Below are positions 57,466 to 64,000 of a DNA stretch of 64,000 nt, piece by piece. This stretch comes from Candidatus Harrisonbacteria bacterium (GTDB lineage: Bacteria; Patescibacteriota; Minisyncoccia; UBA6257; 02-FULL-45-10c). The notes beneath the pieces were generated by a model. It made no database searches, had not been told where the DNA came from, and saw only the letters and a list, made by a program, of their open reading frames with translations. The translations under genes and the position numbers were made by a program. The stretch covers positions 67,078-131,077 of the forward strand of contig JACROC010000005.1 in assembly GCA_016214655.1 (NCBI GenBank), given 5' to 3'. Within the stretch, counting starts at the first letter, position 1. Every line of letters begins with the position of its first letter.

Positions 57466-58140
57466 ATGACCGAAAAACAAAAGCAGGCGAAAGAACAACT
57501 ACTACAATCATTGAAGCCGAAATTGCGCAATGAAAAATTTCTTTTGGTAAGTTACAACGCCGTTGAGGGCTTCGAAAGCGGCATCCACGGTAATGGCAGA
57601 TTAATAATTTTTGCAAACGATATCGGAAGAGGCTTCCTTACTAGAGAAGACGGCACCCTGGATCGGGAATTGCAAGAAAGGTGCAATCAGGCATTTGCTG
57701 CAGTAGAAAAAGAATTGAATGATACAAGCCCTGAAAATTTTACTGTTAATAAATTGGAAGGGGCCTTGCGTTCCGCTCAAGCGAAAAATCCTGAATTGCC
57801 GATTATAAATGGAAGCAATAAAGGTATGGAAGATGCACGTGCGAAAAAAGTGATGCAAAATTTAAGCGGCAAAGCAAAAGAGATTGTGTTATTGCGAAAC
57901 ATCAAATTCGTAATAATTTATGCGGGATTGCACGCTTTTAAATCAGCTATAGAATTAGCCAAAAGCGTAAAAAAGCAAAACAAAAATACCCGGATTCTGG
58001 TGGTATCTTGCCCCTGTGATTGGCACGATAAAGAACAGCTATTAGAAGGCACCAGTATTAACATAATGGGATGCGAATGCGGCGGGAGGTTAACGATGGG
58101 AATGATTGCAAAAGATATTGAAAAATTGATTTCTGAATAA
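57466..58140 (+). CDS. Hypothetical protein with Cys motifs
   Basis: 224 aa; SCPCD and CECGG. Confidence 0.6.
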   Translation: MTEKQKQAKEQLLQSLKPKLRNEKFLLVSYNAVEGFESGIHGNGRLIIFANDIGRGFLTREDGTLDRELQERCNQAFAAVEKELNDTSPENFTVNKLEGALRSAQAKNPELPIINGSNKGMEDARAKKVMQNLSGKAKEIVLLRNIKFVIIYAGLHAFKSAIELAKSVKKQNKNTRILVVSCPCDWHDKEQLLEGTSINIMGCECGGRLTMGMIAKDIEKLISE

Positions 58141-58144
58141 CCAT

Positions 58145-58729
58145 ATGGAAGAAAAACAAAAAGTTGTCTTTCTTAAGGGCAAGAAGGTAATTCTGCGGCC
58201 ACTAAATAAAGAAACTGATTTAGAACACATCACACGATGGATTAATGATCATGAGGTCACCCAATATCTAACCATATATCTTCCCACAACTAGGAAAAAC
58301 GAGGAAGGATGGCTCGATTCATTGAATAAGGATAAAGAGAATATTGTTTTAGCCATTGAAACCCTGGACGGCAAATTTATCGGGACGATGGGAATCCATC
58401 AAATTAACTGGAAAGATAGAACCGCTACCACCGGAGCATTAATCGGTGAAAAAGAATATTGGGGCAAGGGTTATGGTACAGATGCAAAAATGCTCCTCCT
58501 TGAATATGCTTTTCACACGCTGAATCTTCGAAAAATCTGCTCGGTAGTCTTTTCCTTCAACAAAAGGAGCTTGCGGTACAGTCTGCATTGCGGCTACAAG
58601 ATTGAAGGCACGAAAAGAAAACAAATGTTCCGAAAAGGCAGATATTGGGATGAGATTATACTAGGACTTTTCAAAGAAGAATGGCTGCCAATCTGGAGGC
58701 GATACAGAAAAACTGGTAGAATACGATAG
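58145..58729 (+). CDS. RimJ/RimL-type GNAT acetyltransferase
   Basis: YWGKGYGTDA, AF..LNL.KI, G...EG. Confidence 0.92.
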   Translation: MEEKQKVVFLKGKKVILRPLNKETDLEHITRWINDHEVTQYLTIYLPTTRKNEEGWLDSLNKDKENIVLAIETLDGKFIGTMGIHQINWKDRTATTGALIGEKEYWGKGYGTDAKMLLLEYAFHTLNLRKICSVVFSFNKRSLRYSLHCGYKIEGTKRKQMFRKGRYWDEIILGLFKEEWLPIWRRYRKTGRIR

Positions 58730-58770
58730 AAATAGTTATAAGCTGGTACTTAAGGTACCAGTTTTTTATT

Positions 58771-60423
58771 ATGAATAAAAAAGATATATTATTTTATATT
58801 TTAGTAACCGCGGCACTTCTCCGGTTGGTTAATCTTTCAGTCGGCGATACGATAAGCGATGAGGTATTCATGTCGTTCCGGGGCATCGGAATGATTGATT
58901 TTGACGAAGCCGCACAGCAAATCACGCCATGGGAATGGCAGGATCCGGATATTAAGTGGTGGGCTAAATTATCTTTCCATGACCATCCCCTGCTGGTTCC
59001 ATATATACAGCACATTTCTATGGCTATGTTCGGCGAAAATAATTTTGCCTTCCGGCTGCCATCGGCAATCTTAGGGACGGCCTCGGTATATCTTTTATAT
59101 CTCATCGGCACACTTCTTTATTCTGAAAATGCTAGCCTACTATCCGCCGCATTCCTAGGATTAACTCTCAACCACGTATATATCAGCCGGACTGGCATGC
59201 AAGAGGCATATGTCATATTCTTTATACTGCTAGGATTTTATATTTTCTTAAAATCATTGCGTAATGAAAAATATTTACCTTGGGTTGGCGCGGTCATAGG
59301 GCTGGCGGCGGAAACAAAATATACTTCACTGATTTTAGTGCCGATTTTTCTAACTTATCTCCTAATATTTAAACGGAATTATTTCAAAAATAAATATTTA
59401 TGGTATGGGATTCTGCTTTTCTTTTTGATTTTCAGCCCAACAATTATTTATAACACAATGCTTTACCGGGAAACTGGACATTTTGATTTTCAATTTTCCC
59501 ATATCTTCGGACAGCGGCCGGAAGTCTGGAAAGTAGCTCCCGGAAAAGAAATCGGGACGCTGGGAGACAGAATCCGAAATTTCATCCCGCGGATGATTGC
59601 CAGTAATTCTTGGTTATTCCTATCAACAACTGCGTTTTCACTTATCGCTTTTCTCTGGTTATTATTTAAAAATCCGCGGGAAACCTTAAACAAAAATTCC
59701 TTTTTGCTTATTGTTTTTTCCTTTTTGCTGTTACTGCTATTACTGATCGGTCCGTCATACAGATTCCTGACCATGCTAACGCCATTTTTAACTTTAGCAA
59801 TCGGTCTAATGCTGATAAAAATTTGGGACTTGCATTATTTCGGAAATAAATTCGCATTATTAATAATTGCTTTGATTTTTCTTTTTGAAATCTTCTATTC
59901 AATCAATAATCAAATCCTCGCCTACCCCATAGGACCAGAACCATGGCTCGCTTCAAAAGTCCGTTACGAAAATTATAACTGGGGCTATAATGAGCTGGGT
60001 GAATTCCTGGAAAAAGAATTAAGCGGGAAAATGCCGGCGCTTTCGTTCGATCTCCAATACAAATTTTTGGAAGACCTGCGGGATCAAGCTTTAGAAAAAG
60101 GACAACGGGGTGGCCTGGAACCCTACCCGGCATTATTTGTTTACAGCGGAAATTTTGATATGGCCGCCAAACTTTGGATACTGGACCGCCTCCAGATTTA
60201 TCACGCCTGGCCAATTATCAGTTTAAAAACCTATTATGACTACTTGCAAGAGCGCGGTTTTGATTATTATGATAGAGCCGGCTTTAAAAATTACTATTTT
60301 ATTTTACAGACAAATACGGTACCATCGGAAGCAGACCAGGCGCTGATGCGAGGCGTGCCTATCAGTATTTATAACAAGCGTGGCGAAGAGATATTCAAAA
60401 TTTATAAATATACTAACTTATAA
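58771..60423 (+). CDS. GT-C glycosyltransferase (family 39/ArnT-like)
   Basis: SDE, DHP.L, RLPSA..G, SR..E, KYT; many TMs. Confidence 0.88.
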   Translation: MNKKDILFYILVTAALLRLVNLSVGDTISDEVFMSFRGIGMIDFDEAAQQITPWEWQDPDIKWWAKLSFHDHPLLVPYIQHISMAMFGENNFAFRLPSAILGTASVYLLYLIGTLLYSENASLLSAAFLGLTLNHVYISRTGMQEAYVIFFILLGFYIFLKSLRNEKYLPWVGAVIGLAAETKYTSLILVPIFLTYLLIFKRNYFKNKYLWYGILLFFLIFSPTIIYNTMLYRETGHFDFQFSHIFGQRPEVWKVAPGKEIGTLGDRIRNFIPRMIASNSWLFLSTTAFSLIAFLWLLFKNPRETLNKNSFLLIVFSFLLLLLLLIGPSYRFLTMLTPFLTLAIGLMLIKIWDLHYFGNKFALLIIALIFLFEIFYSINNQILAYPIGPEPWLASKVRYENYNWGYNELGEFLEKELSGKMPALSFDLQYKFLEDLRDQALEKGQRGGLEPYPALFVYSGNFDMAAKLWILDRLQIYHAWPIISLKTYYDYLQERGFDYYDRAGFKNYYFILQTNTVPSEADQALMRGVPISIYNKRGEEIFKIYKYTNL

Positions 60424-60445
60424 TAAATAACTGCTGGGTTCCATT

Positions 60446-60594
60446 GAGAGATCTGCCTGTCTGTCGTGCGGCAATTACGGAGCCCTGAAATGCTTGGATT
60501 TTTGCGAAGCAAAAAATTTCAGGGCGAGGCATAGGCGGCACCGACCGCAGGAGTCGGTGAACGCCGGTGCCGGTAGGCAGATAGGCTGAGCTCT
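60446..60594 (+). ncRNA. Structured element copy 2, directly upstream of tgt
   Basis: Same core and stems as 43924-44104 with compensatory changes; G-U pairs favour + strand. Confidence 0.65.
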
Positions 60595-60609
60595 TATAGA
60601 ATAGCTAAA

Positions 60610-61758
60610 ATGATTAAATTTAAAATTCTAAAAAAATCCAATAAGAGCCGGGCGAGACTGGGGTTGCTGGAAACGCCGCATGGAGTAGTGGAAACACCGT
60701 CGCTGGTGCCGGTAGCAACACAGGCAGTAGTTAAAACACTGACAAGTGAAGAGGTTCTGCAAACTAAAACCCAGATTTTAATTTCCAATACTTTTCATCT
60801 CCATTTAAAACCGGGGGAGAAAATTGTAGAATCCGCCGGCGGGATCCATAAATTTATGAACTGGCTAAAATCGCTGATGACCGACTCCGGCGGTTTTCAG
60901 GTATTTAGCTTAGGATTCGGACACGACCTTCAAGTCGGAAAAGTTTTAAAATATTTTCCAGGGCAAGAACGGAGGGAAATTCTGGATAAAAGCGCCCAAC
61001 CGAAACAAGTTAAAATCACCAATGATGGCGTACATTTCCGGTCACCCTTAGACGGCAAAGAATTATTTATTGGCCCCAAGGAATCCATGAAAATCCAGCA
61101 GGCGCTGGGAGCGGATATTATTTTTGCTTTTGACGAATGCACCTCTCCCCTTTCTACCTACGAATACGTGAAAGAATCTTTAAAAAAAACACATGCCTGG
61201 GCAAAAATTTGTACTAAAGAAGTAAAATCCGGCCAAGCTCTATTCGGTATTATTCAAGGATCAAGATTTAAAGATCTGCGGCACGAAAGCTCTACTCTTA
61301 TAAATTCGCTTGGTTTCCCCGGCTACGGCATCGGCGGAGACTTGGGGACCAGCAAAGAAGACATGAAAAAGATTTTGGAGTGGACCATTCCCTACCTCGA
61401 CGAAAATAAACCCCGACACCTGCTTGGCATCGGCTACCTGGAAGATATGGAAAATATTATAAAAAACGGCATTGATACCTTTGATTGCACCGTACCAACG
61501 CATTACGGCCGCCGAGGAATTGCTTTCACCAGCGAAGGGAAATTAGACCTGCGCAAGACAAAATTTCTAAAAGATAAAAGCCCGCTTGATAAAAAATGCA
61601 AATGCAAAGTTTGCCAAACTTACACGCGGCAGTATATTTGCCACCTTCTTAAGGCAAATGAAATAACCCCGCTTAGTTTATTAACCTTTCACAATATTTA
61701 TTTCTTCAACACTTTTGTAGAAAAGATTAGGGAGAAAATAAAACAAGGGAAGCTTTAG
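60610..61758 (+). CDS. tgt: tRNA-guanine transglycosylase
   Basis: NTFHL, TDSGGFQVFSL, FDEC, IIQG, HLLGIG, DTFDC, CKCKVC zinc site. Confidence 0.96.
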   Translation: MIKFKILKKSNKSRARLGLLETPHGVVETPSLVPVATQAVVKTLTSEEVLQTKTQILISNTFHLHLKPGEKIVESAGGIHKFMNWLKSLMTDSGGFQVFSLGFGHDLQVGKVLKYFPGQERREILDKSAQPKQVKITNDGVHFRSPLDGKELFIGPKESMKIQQALGADIIFAFDECTSPLSTYEYVKESLKKTHAWAKICTKEVKSGQALFGIIQGSRFKDLRHESSTLINSLGFPGYGIGGDLGTSKEDMKKILEWTIPYLDENKPRHLLGIGYLEDMENIIKNGIDTFDCTVPTHYGRRGIAFTSEGKLDLRKTKFLKDKSPLDKKCKCKVCQTYTRQYICHLLKANEITPLSLLTFHNIYFFNTFVEKIREKIKQGKL

Positions 61759-61818
61759 GTTGTCAAACTAAAAATTTTCTACTATAATCTCTGCAGCAAC
61801 TTAACTCCATATAAAGGG

Positions 61819-62787
61819 TTGAAAATGTTAAATAATAACCCCGTAAGAACAACGACTTTAAATGTCGTGGAAACTGCCAGGCAGGTTAAAATTAACCGCG
61901 AGGCAATTGAAAAGCTAGCCGCAGAATGGAATAAGACCGGCCTGCCTATCACTTGCTGGAACAGCAGAATGCATTTAGAAACAGATGACGAAACGAAAAT
62001 GCTGGATTATTTGATTATTTTAGACAGTTTAAATTTCTGCTTCTGGCATCCGAGAAAAGAACGCTGGAGCATCGTCTATAACCACGAAAAATATAGTGGA
62101 TACTTTGCCCTTTCGCTGGCTTTAAAAAATTACTTTGAAAGGCATCCCAGCAAAGCTAACCTAAGAAATTTCGCCGATATTTCATTTGAAGATTTTATTT
62201 ATCTGCTCCAAGGCGGAAATCATCTGCTCTTCCTGGATAAACGCTGGGAAATTATAAAAGCCGTAAGCCAATATCTGGTTAAGCGCGGAGGTTCCAAGGC
62301 ATTTATTCTTTCCGCCGATCAGAAATTATCCATCCTGATTCCTAAAATTGCAGAGTCTCTCTCTTCTTTCGATGACACGGCTGATTATAACGGAAAAAAA
62401 GTTTATATTTGGAAAAGAGCGCAAATTCTTGCCGTCGACATTTATGGCGCGCTATGCGGGCGCGGAGCAGGATATTTTACCGATCTAGATTACCCGACGG
62501 CTTTCGCTGATTATAAACTCCCGCAAATCCTGGTACACTACGGAATTCTGGAATATTCGCCTGAGCTTAAAAAGAAAATAGAAGATGGTGATCATATTCC
62601 GCCTGGATCCGCAGAAGAAGTGGAAATACGCAGCGCCACTGTCTGGGCGGTTGAATGGCTGAAAAACGAGCTAAAAAAATACGGCGGCCTATATGAATCG
62701 TTTCTGCTGGACTGGGTTCTTTGGGAACAATCACAGAAGGAAAAGATGCAGTTCCCCCATCACCGGACGCAAACAATTTTTTACTAA
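61819..62787 (+). CDS. Queuosine salvage protein (QNG1/DUF2419)
   Basis: D.LNFCFW, SGYF.L, KRAQIL..D, FADYKLPQIL, EVEIR, D..LW, HHRT.TIFY. Confidence 0.9.
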   Translation: MKMLNNNPVRTTTLNVVETARQVKINREAIEKLAAEWNKTGLPITCWNSRMHLETDDETKMLDYLIILDSLNFCFWHPRKERWSIVYNHEKYSGYFALSLALKNYFERHPSKANLRNFADISFEDFIYLLQGGNHLLFLDKRWEIIKAVSQYLVKRGGSKAFILSADQKLSILIPKIAESLSSFDDTADYNGKKVYIWKRAQILAVDIYGALCGRGAGYFTDLDYPTAFADYKLPQILVHYGILEYSPELKKKIEDGDHIPPGSAEEVEIRSATVWAVEWLKNELKKYGGLYESFLLDWVLWEQSQKEKMQFPHHRTQTIFY

Positions 62788-62801
62788 ATTAAAATGGCAC
62801 C

Positions 62802-63221
62802 TTAACTGGTGCCTTTTAAATTCATCCCGATGGCAAAATTGAAAACTCTAACTTGCTCTACGCGATCAGGCGCAACCCGGAGTTCAACGGAAACACCGCA
62901 AAATTTCCCATCCAATGATAAACCCTGAAAAGCTATGGATTCATTTTCCATTCCGCCAAGCCATTGTCCGGCTTTTTTAATCTGGGCGTAAACCGGCTTA
63001 AACTCCTTAACATTCCCAACCCACATCCGCGCCAATAACTGATTGCCAAAAACATAAATCTCTAATGCCCTTTCCAATGGATTATTAATTTTCTGATAAA
63101 CTTTCTTTACTCCGACTACCCTTTCTGTACCATCATCAAGCTCAAGTTTGAAATCCTCAGTTTCAACCAAACACCACTCCCAGCTATCTTTGACTCTGGG
63201 AAATTTCATCCACTCCTCCAA
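62802..63221 (-). CDS. Hypothetical protein, paralog of 17654-18058
   Basis: Shared sequence blocks with 17654-18058. Confidence 0.65.
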   Translation of the reverse strand: MEEWMKFPRVKDSWEWCLVETEDFKLELDDGTERVVGVKKVYQKINNPLERALEIYVFGNQLLARMWVGNVKEFKPVYAQIKKAGQWLGGMENESIAFQGLSLDGKFCGVSVELRVAPDRVEQVRVFNFAIGMNLKGTS

Positions 63222-63246
63222 TCCAAGAAACTGGTAATATTCTAAC

Positions 63247-64000
63247 CTATTGTCCCGATAAATTAAAGGGCGGCAGATAATTGCCTAATAATTTTCGCTT
63301 CCACCAATCGCCGGTTTTTTGCTTCTCTTCAAAATTAGTAAACTGATAATCATAAAGCTGGGCGCGGACATAGCGCGGCGGCCGGTCTGGAAAAGGATTT
63401 TTTCCAAGCAAAGCAAGAACCGGCTCTGATCCCTCCAATATTTTTTTCGCAAAATTAACGAACCAAAGATTCTGCCGGAAAGTTCCCAGCGCCGCAAACC
63501 ACATTTGCCAATCCAGTCGCGGCTGATAAGGAGCCGCCCATTGCGGCGCCCGCTTTAAATTCCCCGGCTTATATTTAAATTCATACTCTTTCCAATTCTG
63601 GCCGTCATTGCTTCCTTCCAAAATAATTTCTGGCCGGCTAGTAGTCATAGTTGCAAATAGGCCGTAAGTATTAACAACACGAAATGGCGCAATGATTTCC
63701 TGCAACTTAACCACCGGCTTAATTTCGGTTCCAAAAACTACCGCCAGTAATTGCGAACTGTTAATAACAACTATCACGGCCGAAATAACACCAATTGCCA
63801 ATTTGCCGTAATAAGATCCCCGTTTTATGGAAAACGACTTTTTAAAAAATCTAATAATGGCCTTGGGCGTCCAGCGCAGTAAAATTGAATCTTCCAATAA
63901 AAAGATACAAAGCAGGGTAGTTAACAGATTGAAAAAGTTATAATTGCCAGTGAGTAAAATCAAAGCTTCTAAAGTGACAATTGATCCGGCCGCAAAAAAT
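63247..64000 (-). CDS. Lipase maturation factor (LMF1-like) protein, C-terminal part (starts beyond window)
   Basis: TGNYNFFN.LT, N.YGLFA.MT..RPEI..EGS, KPG, PYQPRLDWQMWFAAL. Confidence 0.92.
   Translation of the reverse strand, partial: FFAAGSIVTLEALILLTGNYNFFNLLTTLLCIFLLEDSILLRWTPKAIIRFFKKSFSIKRGSYYGKLAIGVISAVIVVINSSQLLAVVFGTEIKPVVKLQEIIAPFRVVNTYGLFATMTTSRPEIILEGSNDGQNWKEYEFKYKPGNLKRAPQWAAPYQPRLDWQMWFAALGTFRQNLWFVNFAKKILEGSEPVLALLGKNPFPDRPPRYVRAQLYDYQFTNFEEKQKTGDWWKRKLLGNYLPPFNLSGQ

Overview
AT-rich, gene-dense 64-kb window that reads like a Patescibacteria/CPR (Parcubacteria-like) chromosome; the taxonomy is inferred from gene content, leaderless promoters and repeat types. Housekeeping content: groESL with a CIRCE element, thyA-folA-dCMP deaminase, lemA-htpX, rmuC, msrB, trxA, rarA, lexA, tsaC, tgt plus a queuosine-salvage hydrolase, csp, an RRM protein and tRNA-Ser(GGA). 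These are interleaved with SD-led orphan genes. The most notable unexplained signals are: (1) a 292-bp element made of a single GIY-YIG nuclease ORF between perfect 21-bp terminal inverted repeats with a 4-bp direct repeat, inserted exactly at the lexA start codon; (2) a 39.5-43 kb accessory tract in which every intergenic gap carries a CCGCGG-centred palindromic site and two cargo modules share both ends, resembling a cassette array; (3) two diverged copies (43.9 and 60.45 kb) of a multi-stem structured element with compensatory base changes, one directly upstream of tgt; (4) a promoter- and terminator-delimited ~220-nt candidate ncRNA at 15.1 kb; (5) a leader-peptide attenuator at 56.8 kb. 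Several families of palindromic or 7-mer repeats, a CoaD-HD fusion and unannotated micropeptides are also present. All calls are by eye from the sequence and ORF track; no searches were run.
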